This document shows, piece after piece, positions 35,414-49,500 of a stretch of DNA of 64,000 nucleotides. Within the stretch, counting starts at the first letter, position 1, and each line of letters opens with the position of its first letter. This DNA is from Macrostomum lignano. Its lineage: Eukaryota. The stretch is from assembly GCA_002269645.1 (NCBI GenBank), contig NIVC01000089.1, positions 496,001 to 560,000 on the forward strand, written 5' to 3'. Position numbers and translations under genes: made by a program. The notes under the pieces are model-generated. The model had not been told where the DNA came from and ran no database searches. It was given only the letters and a program-made list of their open reading frames with translations.

Positions 35414-38400
35414 TCAATCGTCCATAAATTCGGTCAAACTGCCAAACTGGTTCATCGGGTGCATCTCCACGTCCAGCTCGCCTTCTGTCAGGTTGGCGAA
35501 CATCTCGGCTGGCACAGGCGACGCCGATGCTGCTGCGCGCGCTGCCCCGGCATCCGGGTCGTCCAACAGCTCTTCGCCTCGACGATGCTGAATTTTACGA
35601 TTGCCGCAGGCCGCGCGTCGACCGCCGTCAGGAGCTGCTGTCGAGGGCGAGACGCCGCCATTGTTAAACGCTGGCTCCGGTCGGAGCACCGGCTGCTGCT
35701 GCCGACCCCGACGGTCGCGACGAAGTCGGCGGCGCATGCAGACGAAGCGGCACAGAGTAGCCACCATCGCCTGCACGATCTCCACCACCTCGAACAGGCC
35801 GACGATGCTCACACCCAAGTAGAGTCCCAGCTGGCCGCCAATGTCCGACATCAACTGTGAGAAGGGAAACTCGATTGACTCCACCACCTGTTTGGTTGTG
35901 TTTTGGATGAATGATTCAAGTATGTCTATTGTTTTTCATTGCTAGAAATCACATTGAAGTACTTTAATTGGAAAACTACAACAGGAACAGGTTCAATCGA
36001 TAAAGTGGCGTATAAGGTCTCTTTTTCATTCGTGTGCAAAAAACTAATAAATTCAGAATAGATACGGGATGACTTCTCAACTCACCTTATCCGAGTACAC
36101 GCTGCGAGCTTTAATGTGCGCATCGGAGCAGTCGGTGCGCAAAAGCTGGCTCAGCTCCTTAATGCTCATGTTGTTCTGTACAAATTCCAGCAGTTCGTCG
36201 AAAGTCCAGTCCGGGTACTTGCGGGACACGATATTTGTGGCCACCGTCTGCGGAGGCAGTATAAAGTTTAGATGAATTTTAGTTAACAGTTTAACAGTCA
36301 TTCGACTCCGAAAAACACCGCAAATTGTCTGGGTATCCAGTTCACTGATATGCTGTTTCGTTTTCACTGGGGTCGTGTAACTGAGCATAATTCAATTTAC
36401 ATTTATGGATTACAAGACTTTTTTGAAGTCACGAACACTTGATAAATTGAATTAGGTATAGCTCAGACACTTACGTCCATCATGACCAGTTTACTGAGGT
36501 GGAATTCGGAACGCTACGCGTGAGGTGAACACAAAAAGGTTGAATTTCATCGAAAATGTTCACAAGACTGGAATTTCTTTCAAATATGCGATATGGATGA
36601 AGCTTAGTTAGCTCACCAACTCTTTTCTGAGCTGTTTGTAAACTGGCACAGAAGCGCTTGAAGACATTTTTGTTCGGCATTGAATGCTCTTTGTATATTT
36701 ATATTTGTTGTATATTTGTATATTTATTTGATAACGATCTTGAAATAAATCCTACAGAAAACTTCAGTCGTAATTTTGATTTCGGCACACATTCTCTTTG
36801 GTCATTACAAATCACAAAATCAATCACAAATTTTGCAAGCACTGGCTCTGACGGCTAGAAAAAACGAAGATGAATGGAACATTAATTTTGGAGTCAATCG
36901 GCGTATTTGTATCCGGGGAGTAAAGCAAAATAATTTATAACAAACTCTATTTGCGATTTGAAGTCACTCGAGTCCAATGAAGTCTGCCACTGGCCAAAAT
37001 CCATACATCTTTTGCAGTACCAGCACGCAATCTTCACTTACCATTACGAGGCATTTGTCTTTCATTGCACGCTTGTCTCATGCATCTGCTACGAGCGTAT
37101 ATGAAGATAGAAGAGAACAGCTACCCAGCTAATCAGCCAGAAAGCCTTAGAGCTTATGCGAGATGAAGGCAAGGGATAGGAAAAATTAATGACCTGGATT
37201 TTGCTGTATCGGCCGTAATGCAAAGGCAATGCGTAGCAGATGGATTTTCTTTTCTAAAAAAATTCCGCACACAAAAACTGCCCCAACCCACACTGAAAAC
37301 GCCTTCAGTGGAGTATTTTTGCTTCAGCTTAAGCTGAAATCAGCTTAAGGCACACGAATCGCCCAGATAGTACCGATGGCAGATAAAGCTGGCGGTCCTG
37401 AACCAACAGCACACAAATTTTGCGCTGATTCTGTGTAGACAGAAACGATATCTGTCTGTTTGAATAATAAACTATCTGCATAGCTTAATCTATTCATACT
37501 AACTAATGATACTGCTTCGGTTAGACTTGCACAAAATATTTCGTGGATTTGCCACGGCACATAACAAAGGTGCTGTCTTCTAGGTAAATAATTTCACCAT
37601 ACACTGCTACAACAAAAAATATACTAGCAGCGCCTCGGGACTAGAGTAGAGCGTGAAAAAAGGCGACAAAACGCTGGCATGAGTGGCGTTCCAATGCTTG
37701 AAAGCGTCAGTGCCTGCAGCGTCGCACTGCAAGTACTAAATCTCTCAATCCAATGATACGAGCTATCTACAATATCAATAATTTTACCGCGAACACTGGT
37801 GCAGTACATATTTAGTAGCTATCGCTACATTCACCGGCAGATACCTATACTACGATCCGTATATTGCCAACTATGATGGCAATATTGGTATAGGTGCTAC
37901 GGTAGCATAAATGTTGAGAAGAATCGGTCACAGATTTAATTTGAGTTGGTGGGAGCCTAACAGGTGTCTGAGTGGCTTGTTGGCCAATAGATTGCACTCT
38001 TAAGTGTCGGCTTTATGACCAGGAAATATAGATTGAGTTGGACTAAAAATTTAATGAAGACTTCTTAGCATATTGTCTTAAATTAAAGGGGGACACTAAA
38101 TTCGGTCAAAGTTTCAGTCTACTCGGTTCGAAGGCAATAATGATTTTCTGAGGATAAAATAGTAAAAAGGTACTTCTAATTTCAGCATTAAATTATCTAA
38201 TCAAAAGGAAGTGGGAATTAGCCTTTAAATTAGCCAGTCTGCACTTTAGTAGCATAGGTAGAGCGCCAATCTCTAGGTCATCATCGGCAAGCCAAGGGCG
38301 CTGAAGCTTAGGCCGCAGCGCTCTCGAGCGTGCTGAACGAGGTTCCGCCTTCGTTGCCTGCCTGAGCGAACTATAGGAGCACGACACAAATGCAGTTAAG

Positions 38401-41400
38401 CCTTTGGATGGTTGAACGGATGTATCGCTATGAGTAACAAGGCTGCTGGCCAGATTTCAATAGAGAAGCGCCAGAAGCTGGTTTGGCCAACTTTTGACGG
38501 GAATGCAGACTTTTTACGACATGATTTAAGACTGGCGAGGCCTGGAGAGCCACACTAACGATGGCCAGCAGCATTTATTTGTTTTGTCCTAACAGCAGAC
38601 AATCAAACGGGATGAGTGGTGAAGCCATTCGCTCAACCAACATTACCAGTACCAGTCAGATAGGAGTCACTTGGCAGAGGCTGATCAATAAGAAGGTGAT
38701 GTGGCAGCTAACGGCACCTAGGTTGTACACTACACCAGGTTGAGCCTTGGTCAAGGAACCCAGATTTAATCTGCTTCTGAAAGCGAATGTCTGCAACTAT
38801 CTGACAAAAGTGCAGGCGATTTTACAGTTCACCCCCATCTACTACACACTAGCAAAGCCAGGCGATAAGCATCACCAGGTACAACTTGCTACAGTCTGAC
38901 TAGGATTGACAGCATAAAGGCGCTGTCTCATGTACCGCAGCTGTCAGTCTGGTACAAATTCCGGACACTACGCGCTCCGCTAGCATAATAGTCAATACTT
39001 GGAATCATCTGCCCTAGCCAGAAGCCAGAGACTGCTGATGAAATCAGGCGCGAAACTTCGATGCAGTCTGCAGCAAGGTGTGATTAAATTATAGGAGCTG
39101 CATTCGCCTGTCAAATTAGTTACTGAGAGCCGTGCAGTGAGAGGCCCAGGAGGGCTAGGGGCTATCACCGATAGAAGGGATCTCTAGTCCACGAGCTCCT
39201 GGCGCCCCTTGCATTAGCCTTGTTATTGATTCTGGATTGGCACGGGGTCACATTCTTACCAATCTGCACTATATAGTCAGCTTCAATTTATATTCGGCTT
39301 AGCTATTCAACACTTGAACTATTTAGTGTCCGAATAAAGGTGCGATCAGAACCACTGCTTTGCGACTCTTTCAATTCTGCAGTTACGAGGCGTATAAGGC
39401 ACTCGAGGAATGAATGGAATCCCGCAGCAGCCCTCCATAACCTGACATTTTTCCGCAGTCCCCGCAGCCTCATGAAAAATTTGCGTGCCTTACGCCTGCC
39501 TGTCGTACACGGAACTGAGCTGAGGGAGGCGGTCGATTTTAAAATGGGTGCGTTTGCAGCATGGAGACCAACAAGGATCGATTATTCGAATAAATACATT
39601 CGAACTCCTCGTAACTGGCTTGCGGAGACTGCCCATCTTTCGCATAGGAAAAACAAAACAATGCGCATCAAATTTACTGCACCGATTGGGGGCATAAAGG
39701 AACTTTGCTTAGCCTAACCGAATCTGCAATTTTTGAGGCATTCCGGGACATGATAGCGTTCTGTGACAGAACACGCAGCATCCTAGGTGTGTCTTTATAG
39801 CAACCTTTATGCAACCTTTTTCGGTTTTACGAGCATTTTGCCTGAAAGCTCTGGTTCGTGGCTCTGCTGGACAACACTTATCGTAACCTGATGCGATGGA
39901 TTATGCATCGGGTTTAGACTTTACTATCGGCTCACTCGCAATCGCTTGTGGATTAAATAATAACCATGCGCAGCAAAGTCGAATCTGGTAGCCCTTTATA
40001 TTGGATGGGATCGTGCCATGCTAACTGGATGTCCTTTATCCGTTGTGAACTTTATCCAGGTATTGAAAATCTGAAAATCTGACTTTTGTTGTATTTTGCG
40101 CGCATTGAATTTCAAATCTACCCCGTGTCACGTCTTTAGCATTCGAGTGTCATCGAACTTCTTGCCGCTTCTTAGCTAAAGCATTCCTTTATGCATCCCA
40201 TTTCGCCTACTCTATCTTTTCCAAGCGGAAAGCCTGAGTTATTAATCTCCACTGCAATGGAAATATTTCACTGGGAGCGGTGAATACTCGGAAGCTCGAC
40301 AAATTAGCTTAATATTCTGAACTCTCTGCATGCGTGATATGCAGACAAATGTGGGGCTGAAACGAGGCAAAGTGATTAGACATTGGGGAGAAAGTTTACT
40401 TAATTTCTGTTTCGTCATAAAAAAGAAAGCTCAACGAAGTAAGGTATGCATAGCGCAGTTAAAACTGCTTGGACTTCTATAAGCTTTTATAAAACTCCAT
40501 CGGGTTCATTACGTTATGCCAGACTTCAATTACAGGCTGAATAAGGTACAGAAAAAATTCTTTACTCAGCTGTTCCTGTCTACTTTCGCGTATGACTTGC
40601 TTAAAACCCTATACCTCCTAGGTAATTTAATGAAAAATTCTTCTAGTCCTCAGTAACGAATGTCTGGAAAGAAACTCACCTGCATTAGTTGCTTTCGAGC
40701 TGAGTTCATTTTTTCGGACCACAGCTCGGGCCACATGTAGTCCGAGCTCTCAATATTGTACTCAGTCCTCACGCACAGCACTTCCTTCACGTGAGCGCAT
40801 TCCCGATCTATAGTTGCTTTAAACAGCTCCTCATTCGAGTATTCTTTATGCACCTCGGCCAGGCAGAGCGCATTCTGTATTAGCTGGGAGCTGTTAAACA
40901 CAGACATATTGAAGCAGAGCTGCGGCTTTGAGTCGTCGAACTTAAAAGCGGGCAGGAATGGAGTATAGCAGCGGCATCTGCTGTGGTATTTCCTTGCTGA
41001 CACCAGCACTTTGCAGAGGCTATAATCGAGCTTGATTCGCCTGGTCTCCTGTAGCGAGGTGTCGTACATGTATTCGTAGAACTCTTGCTCGCGACAGTTG
41101 CGCTTCTGCTTAAGGAGATGCGTGACCACCGCTTTGAAGTTGATTCGTTGAGAGTGGCCTGGCACAATGAGTATTCCGTCGTCCGTTGGCAGTGTCTCAG
41201 GATCATGCAAATACAGTCGGGTGCCCTGATGAAAGTAGGCTGAATTAAAATGCATGTACGAGTCAAAGTCGTTAAGAAGAAAGAAAAATAGGGCCTGGAG
41301 ACTGCGATGTGCGTCTCTCTCGAAGATGCGGCTCGTGCGGAGCGTCATGCAAGGTGTACGATAGCGCCCAAAGTAAGTGCTAGCTGTTAGCACTCCTGTC

Positions 41401-41960
41401 TGATTGCTAGAGTCGATCTGCAAGCTCTCTATGTTGGCGTCAATCTGCATGTTGAGGGAGATCGCCCGCTGACCCGTGTTATATCCTATCTGAATAATAT
41501 TTTTCTTCAGCTCCTCTACCGTGCCAAGATGCAGTGTAGACAATGCAAGAGTCAAATTGACCAGAACCTGATCTTCGAGGCCGATTTCTGAATCATTGAA
41601 ATTCTTGTCCCGAAACAGCTTAAAGAAGGTAAAAAGATCTTCCGACGTCTCATACTGGGAAGCATTATCCAGTGCTTTCTGCCATTTGTCTAGCGTATCC
41701 TGAGATGAGAGCGTCACCGGCACCTGGTTGCATAGTGTCACGTCGGGCCATTCCATCAACTCCGAGTTAGAGAAGTACGAAGTCAGCAGCGGAAGTGAAT
41801 AGAAATGGTCCAGCGTGAAAGACACATTGTAGACGAAGGCCAGTAGGCCGCCAACGCACAGTGTCGCCCAGAACAGCTGGCCGAGACGGCTGTGTGAGTT
41901 GGCCGCGTGCGCCAGGCCATGCACAGTTGATCGCTGGAAGACTTCGTTCAGCTGCTGCAT
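35414..41960 (-). CDS. DEG/ENaC-family sodium channel subunit, ~638 aa; join of 41960-40680, 36247-36086 and 35887-35414
   Basis: Pre-TM1 STVHG motif, TM1 FWATLCVGGLL, WPDVTLCN, Cys-rich thumb, and SDIGGQLGLYLGVS (TM2, GxS filter). Junctions are phase-0 GT-AG. An extra small exon in the 4.4-kb intron cannot be excluded. Confidence 0.88.
36480..39750 (-). pseudogene. Fragmented ISL2EU/Harbinger-like (DDE_Tnp_4) transposase relic in the ENaC intron
   Basis: In order on the minus strand: RIIDPC..KIDRLP (~39600), KNVRLWRAAAGFHSFL (~39450), WLADDDLEI..LKCRL (~38280), ASLQTAQKRV..YRIF..SLVNIFDEI..CVHLT (~36600). Degenerate; matched by eye. Confidence 0.4.
39029..39069 (+). ncRNA. Degenerate minimal type-I hammerhead ribozyme-like motif
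   Basis: AGACTG-CTGATGA-AATCAGGCGC-GAAAC-TTCGATG-CAGTCT has a 6-bp helix I and both core boxes, but helix II does not pair and the cleavage triplet is not NUH. Confidence 0.35.
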
Positions 41961-44759
41961 TGTTCTGCTGTTTGATCTGTTGTTGTTGTTGTTATTAATG
42001 GCGCTGCCGTTGCAGACGCCTCAGACATACAGGCACGTCAAATATGCTATGCTTTCTCTAGTTCTACTGGTTGTACTGCTGCAATTCTCGGAAATTTACT
42101 TCAAGGACTTCTGCTGCTGCTTTCAGAATTTAAATTCGAATGCCGCGTCAAAAATATACATCCTGTTTAGTTAATACGCTCGCCTCTCAGTGGGCGGCGG
42201 AAACTGAACAAAAAGAACGAGGCGAGAAGGAAGGAAGGAATAGGGGAGGGAGGATAAAAAACGGCGGTCCAATCGGGACCTGATTTTTTGACGATCGCAA
42301 AGCACAGAAGGCCAGTCTTTTTCAGAGTCGCCTCCAAACCATTTTGAGCCCTCTGACAGCGTGTTTTGTTGTTAAAGTATGAAAGTATGAAAGTATATTG
42401 AAGTAAAGTAAAGTAAAGTACAGAATTAAAGTATAAAAATTCTGTCTTGAGCAAGCTGGCTGGCAATCGCTACATCTAAATGTTAAGGGGAATTGGCTTG
42501 GATAAAATGCGCGCGATCCAAGCATTTTTTCAGGAACTAATAAGGGAATCATATGTTACGTTCTCTTTTCTCTCTGCTCCATGAAAGTTCTTCTGTGCAC
42601 AGCGCTAGACTAACACATCACCGGATCGCAGGGCTTCTTGCTGTTTACTATATACAGGATCCCTAGAGACATTGGGCAGTTGAGAATGCACTGATTTGTC
42701 CATTGCCCTGCTGGCCGATGCCGGAGGACGAACAATGGGCCCTGAGATTTCAGTGCCCTGCTGTGTAACCTCTTCTCCTTCGCGTGTACTAACTGATATT
42801 TTACTTCGCAGCTACAAGAACACGTTCTAATTGCCCACTCCCAGGGTTCATGGAGTACTCAAATAATTTTGGGTAGAATTTGGTCAAAATATTTTGTCTA
42901 TTTTTGATTTGTACAAGTATACGTGGCCGTGCTAATAACTTACATATCTTGTAGCCTGCCACATACTAGCTAATGCACGATTTTTTATTCATTTTATTGC
43001 CCATGCCCGTTGAACTGCACCGCCCTTCAACAACGCCAGCCGCTCCTGTCCATGCGCTCCTCTGCCTTCGCTGCGTCGTTCATGCTGGCGCCCAGAGTGA
43101 AGACCGTGAATGATGACCAAGAAAATATGCACTGTCCTGTCGACTAGGCCTTTTTTATTGTCATTTTCGATGAAGCCTGCCGCTGCAGCGGTATAGGTTC
43201 GGCGTAGGTCATGAGGTTGAAGCTGAGGTTACGAGCTAGAAGCCGTATGCGAAATGGCTTACCCACTTCAAGGCTTTCTCTGCAGCTGTAAAAACTTCAT
43301 TTTTTGCTGCAAGACATGTTTATTGTGTGCGACGTGGCCCGCCCTTTACAAAATAACTTTCCCTAGTTGGTTGCCTGGCTGATAACAGCTAGGACCTTCA
43401 AAGGAACGGCATCGGGCCTTGAACACGGTGCTCTTCCATAGTTTTTTTCAGGGAATTCGTTGAATTCGTTTGCTACGCAGAGGGACCAGTGGTATGGACC
43501 CAGCTTAAATTCAAATAAATTTGGTAAGTCAATTTTCAACGCGTCCAAAATAAAGCTGTCAAATTACAGTTGCATAAACAAACTGTACAGTCTAATGGTG
43601 CTTCAGAGTGCACAATCAACTCTTCTAAATGTTTCGTGAAAATTTAAAAGACCGAAACAAAAATGCAATGCGTTTAATGTGCTGAATTTTAAGGATGTCA
43701 TTCTTTTTATATGTTTTACATGTTTGTGTAAAAGCCCCCCCCCCCCCACAAAAACAACCGTAAAAGTGGCCAGCAAAGGCAAATACACCCCTGTCAGGGG
43801 TCTTAAATTGGAGCCGCGGTCAAACAAATTTTGGGACTGGACAGAGCCATTTCGAAAGCATTTTGATCACAAAAGCCATTATAAGAAACTGCCATTATAC
43901 TGCCTCATATTTTGTCAAGCTCGTGTTTCTTGCCCTTTTTCGTTGCATCGTTGCAAAGACTTAATCTGTGCTTTTCTCTGCGGTAAAAGGCACCATTCTC
44001 CCATCGTATTAACTTCTACATCGCAAAGCGCTGACAATAGAAGATTTCTGAATTCACGAATTCCGACAGTTTGCAAGCATCTCATTTTGGTTCGAAACAG
44101 GTATTGAGAATTTTCATTCGACCGTACTGGGTTCGCAATAATTTATTGATGCAAGAGGTATAGAAATTCAAAAACCACCACAAGCCAGCAATCATATAGC
44201 TCTCAAATAGTACAGGCTCCTGATAAGGTGATTTGAGCCTTATCGAGTGATATTTTTGGATAAGGAATATCGCAGAAATCTTGCGTTTTTCGTAGCTATG
44301 CGCTCAATGATATTTAGTATAGTGTACACTCATATACTTCAATAACGTTGATCAATACTTCACGCGTCATCTGGCGGCTGTGACTCTCTAATTAGTAATG
44401 TGAATGATGGATTCATGCGTCTACATATAAACTTTATTTTCTGCACGTTTTGACGAATAAAGCATTTTAAAGTCTCAAAACTCTGAATAAAATGGTTATC
44501 AGGTTATTTACTTAAATCTATAATCCTATTAAGCACAACTTAAACCTCTCAAACACTCGCTTTTTGTAGGGGTTTGTTCAACACCACGGTGCAAAGAACC
44601 GCGCCTCTAAATTCGTAGCTATATCGTGCAAAATCCTGTCCTAATGGAGGAGTAAGCAAAGCAGTACATCAAGTACTTGTGCATATAAACTACTACAGAG
44701 TACTATCCATGTCGTAGCACTCTCTGTAGCGCGCAATATATTTACGACTTACATGTATC

Positions 44760-45067
44760 CAGGCGCGTCGCCACCGGGGGGGGGACCAGTAAAAGCTATT
44801 GGGGGGACATGCTAATGCGTTGTCCCCCACCCCTCCTTGTGACCCGTTGTGGTAATCAATAATTTTTCTTCAGGGCGCCAAAATATAGCGCCTTTGGCGC
44901 CAAAAGGAGTGCCTGCGGCGCCAAAATAAGTGCCTGCGGCTCTAAAATGAGTACCTGCGGCGATTCTCAAAATAATGGAAATGTAGTAATTCACTCATGT
45001 ACATGTACATGTTCAATTCTTGGCTTTGCCTCCCCTTCCCACCATAAAATCCATGGCGACGCCCCTG
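44760..45067. mobile_element. hAT-like MITE
   Basis: TIRs CAGGCGCGTCGCCA and TGGCGACGCCCCTG. The flanks CATGTATC and CATGTGCA give only a partial TSD. Confidence 0.6.
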
Positions 45068-46507
45068 CATGTGCATGTATGCATATATCTACGATTGCGT
45101 TTATTGCTTCTTAGGAGTATAGGTGCATTTTTTACTTTTTAGAACAAGAAGTGAAAATGGATCGTAGGAATAAAATTAATGTAAGAGTTTAGAATTTATG
45201 TTTACATGCATGTATGGGTTTTTCTGCGCATCCGCTGCAATAAAGGTACAATGTACATGTTTAATTGTGTGGTTAACATATACCAACAGTATTTTTAAAA
45301 ACTGGTGATCCGCAGTCCGAGGCCCCTACCTGACGTCAGGTGGCGCTGTAGCAAGTCTATCCTGCTTTACAACGCCAGTATTGAAGGCTGATGGACTCGC
45401 TCGAACGCAGGTTGCCGCGGTGCACACTGGCCTGCCTCCAACGCTTCAATGTATTCGCCGCGCTGGCTCTGTCCGTCCAAGGGACCTGTTACGAGTCCAG
45501 CTGGCAGGCTGAGTCGTACGTATTGCTCACAACCTGTTCAACAAGTGCTACTGCTCAGGCTGCAGGCATGCACTTACCAACAAGAACAGACGCGCACTCG
45601 AGGATTCGTTGACTGCAATCTAGCTGACTGACGCCGGCTACCCGGATTCGGTTCGCGCTGTAGCCCGGAGGCGTCTTGCAACACTGCTCTTGTTTTCCTA
45701 AGACCTATACTCGTATTTAAGCAGCAGACAGCGTAGTATTTTGTAAGTTGTTAAAGACATCATCACACATAGCAAAAACTATCAAAACAAACATCCACTG
45801 GTATCTCTAAGTTGTATAAATCAATTTATACATGTGCCTGTACCGCCTGAATTCATTTACAGAAATTGACAAATGGGTTGGGCAAAGTTCCGGCACTTCC
45901 GGCTCTTTTAGTACCGGAATTTACTTTTTTAAAGCGGCACTTTTTCCGGTTCTTTTTTAAGAATGCCGGACTTCGGTAACGGAAGTTACTTTTTGATAAG
46001 TCCGGTCCTCCGGTACTTGAACATGAAATTTTAGGTGCCAAACAGCCAATTTAGCACTAAATATTTCTCAACAGCGCAAAAATTTCACCAAAATACTCGT
46101 AGTGCAATTATAAAAAGGTAAAAATATGATCCTAGATCATGTGGTTTTTAGTCGTACTTTTTAAGTTAAAGCACCTGTTTTTAGCTTGGGGTTGCGATAG
46201 GGGCCTCGCGGCCTATTCGCGGCGCTCTGCCCCCCGTCGGTAGTAAGTTAAAGCACGTTTTAAGCATCATAGAATCATAAAATGAAATAATTATTGGCAA
46301 CTACGATTGCTGTAACAAGACATTCAAAACAATAAACATCCTTGTTTAACAGCTCCTTGCAAGTTTTCTAACAAGCATAACTAGCAGTACATCTTCTTGA
46401 CTTACTTGACTTAGCTGCAGGGTGGTCCGTAGACACAGCGGGGAGGTGAGGGTCGCCAATTCCGCTAGCCCCTGAAGGCCCGCAGACAGGCAGAGGCGTG
46501 GGGCCGG

Positions 46508-49500
46508 TCAGGGTGGTCCGCCGGTCCGTCCTGCAGCGTGATCTTCCGTTGGGAAGAAACTGGCTCGTGAGATGCTGTCGGGCTGGCAAACCTCGTCAAT
46601 GGACGGGTTCGGCCCGAGGTAGCGTAGCCGGTCTCTGTTAAAGAAAGAGCAGTGACAAACAAAGTGCTGAGCATCTTCATTGTCGTACTCGCAAAAGGGG
46701 CAAAGTTCGCTCTCGAGGTCACCTCGGAGGAAGCAGTGCCTGGCGAGGTAGCCAAGGGTCATGACAAGGGCTCGAATATCCTTCCGATTCTGGTTCAGAA
46801 GGATGTTTCTGAGCCTGCGAGACGGGCAAGGAACCGCGGCACGAGATTGCCGGCAGTTTTGGGTGCCCGCCCATCTGTCCCTGTGGAGGGAGTCAGCCCA
46901 GTCGTCGATCTGACGATTGATGACTGTCAAGGGCATAGGGACCAGGGGGGCAGGGCCAAAGAAAGAGCCAGAGCCGCCCCTCTTGGCGAGGGTGTCTGCC
47001 AGCTCGTTCCCCGGAAACCCTGCGTGCCCTGGGATCCACTTCAGCCTGACAGTATTGCTACTGGCCAGGAGGTTGAGCTGCCGGGCGCAGTCGGCGACTG
47101 TCCGGGAGTTCGTTGTAGTGTGGCAAAGGGCCTGTAAGGCCGCTTGGCTGTCGGAGTGGATGACAATAGTCTTTCCTCTCGTACCCTTGGCGTTCAGCTC
47201 TGCAGAGCAAGAGCTGATGGCAAGGACTTCGTTCTGGAAGACTGTGGGGAGTCTACCAGTGTGCTGGGCATGCGTGGCAATTACGCGGCCGTTGATGATG
47301 ATGCAGACCCCAAAGCCGGCGCGACCGTCTTTGATGGATCCGTCCGTGTAGCAATGGACCTCCTGGAAATTCCAGTGGTCATTGGCAGCATCCCTAGAGG
47401 GGATGGTGACCTTGTAACGCTGAAAGAGGTTGAGAGTGCGGGGTTCGCCGTCAGATAGGACGTGGAGCCCACCGCTGTCTCTCAAGTCCTTGAGGCAGAG
47501 GTCGGCGTGGGGCAGAAGCTTGCGCTTAGCCATGGCCCTATGGAGCTGGATTCGAATGCCAGCGTCAGCTAGACGGCGGGCAGTCTTAGCCGCTTCCCTG
47601 CGGACAAAGATGTCCAGCGGAGGAATGTTGAGGAAGGCGTTGAGGCCATCGTAAGGAGCAGACGGAGGGGCGCTCATGATCATGCGACAGGCGCGCCCTT
47701 GCGCTCTCCTGAGAGCCTCTAGACAGGTCTTTATCTGCAGGGCGCTAGCCCAGATCAGGCCGCCATACGAGATAGCGGGCCTAACCATTGCAGTGTAGAT
47801 CCACCAGAGGCGCTTGGGGGTGAGCCCCCAGGTGGTGCCGACAGCCCTGCGCAATTGCGCGAGGACTGCGAAGGCATTTTTGGCTTTTGTTTGAACGTGG
47901 GGTGACCAGTTCAGCCTGTGGTCCAGGGTAATACCCAGACATTTAGTCTGCTTGCAGAAGGGGATTTCCCTTCCGTAAAGCGTGAGCGGCCGAATCTGCC
48001 ACTTGGTCCTGCTGGTGAACATGATCGCTGCGGTCTTAGTCTCAGAGAGCCTTAAACCACAGCGGTCCGCCCATTGCTCAGCGGCGTAGATAAAGTTCTG
48101 AAGAAGGTCCCTAAGGGTATCAGGGGACGGACCAGATGCCACCGCGGTGACATCGTCCGCATATCCAACTTTCAGAATGGGGTCAGGCCGAACATCCCGG
48201 AGGAGCTCATCGATGACCATATTCCAGAGAACTGGAGACAGCACCCCACCTTGCGGGCTACCTTTGCAGACGGGGACCGTCCTCTGGTAGCCCAGCAGAC
48301 TGGCGGTGGCCGTGCGATGGCTGATCATGTACATGATCCATCTGGTGAGATGTGAGTGCGTTTGCCTCTCACAAAGAGCTCTTCGGAACGCCTCAAAGAG
48401 GACGTTATCGAAGGCGCCAATGATGTCCAGGAAGATCCCCAGAGCAAAGCCATTACCAAGCACGGCCTTCTCGAGTTTATCGACCAGGACGTGCAGCACG
48501 CTTTCAGTGGAGCGACCCGCCCGAAAAGCGTGCTGGTTCTCGCTGAGAGGTTTGTTCTTCAGCTCAACAGAGAGAAGGCGCCAAAGCACCAGTCTCTCCA
48601 TCAGCTTGACCAGGGAGGAGGTCAAGCTGATCGGTCTGAAGGATTTGATAGAATGGTAGTCCGGGCGGCCTGGCTTAGGGATAAAGATCACCTTTGCCTC
48701 GGTCCATGCCTGCGGGACATAACCAAGCGTGATGCATGCCCGAAGAAGGCTGCAAAGTTTGCGCAGGAAGCCTGGGCATTTAACCGCCTCTCTTAGGAGG
48801 GCCAGTACAATGCCGTCGGGTCCTGGGGCTTTGAAAGGCTTGAAGGAATTAGCCGCTCTCACGATGCGGTCCTCCGTGATGATAGAGGCAGCCAGCGCGT
48901 GACCTCCCTCCGAGTGATCCGGAGTGGTCGGGTTAGCTGGCTCGTTGGGGAAAAACGCAGTGAGCATTACATCAAGCGTTTCCCCTGGGTTGTCCGTGGA
49001 TGTACCGTCGGTGCGTTTGACCGAGGAGAGCTTAGGCATTTTGTCCAGCGTGAGCGCTTTCACAACTCTGGAGGTGGGGCGTGAGCCCTCTAGCTCCTCA
49101 CAGTATTGTCGCCATTTTTGAGCGTTTGCATTCCTAACCTGCCTTTTAAACTCATGAATTGCTTCATGATAGGCGGCTTGGTCCGCTGGGCTTTTAGTTT
49201 TAGTTGCTCTGCGGTGGAGTCTCTTAGCCCTGCGACGGAGGTTGCCGAGCTCGGGATTCCACCACGGCGCCGATTTTTTCCCTTTATAGGCTTTTAAAGG
49301 GCAGGACGCCTCAAAGGCGGCGGTTAGCGTCTCTGTCAAAACAGTCGCGCACTCATCCGCCTCTCGGCACAACGTGATCGTGGATGGTTGGCCAGGAGAC
49401 CGATGGAATTCCTTCAGGGCGAGCCCGAAGGTTTCCCAATCAGTATTTCTGGCGTTCCGTCTCCACGTAACACGAGTTGCGCTACGCGCGGCCATCAGGT

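Noticed and set aside
45391-45631. Short ORFs beside a TGACGTCA palindrome
   Set aside because: No recognisable domain or splice support
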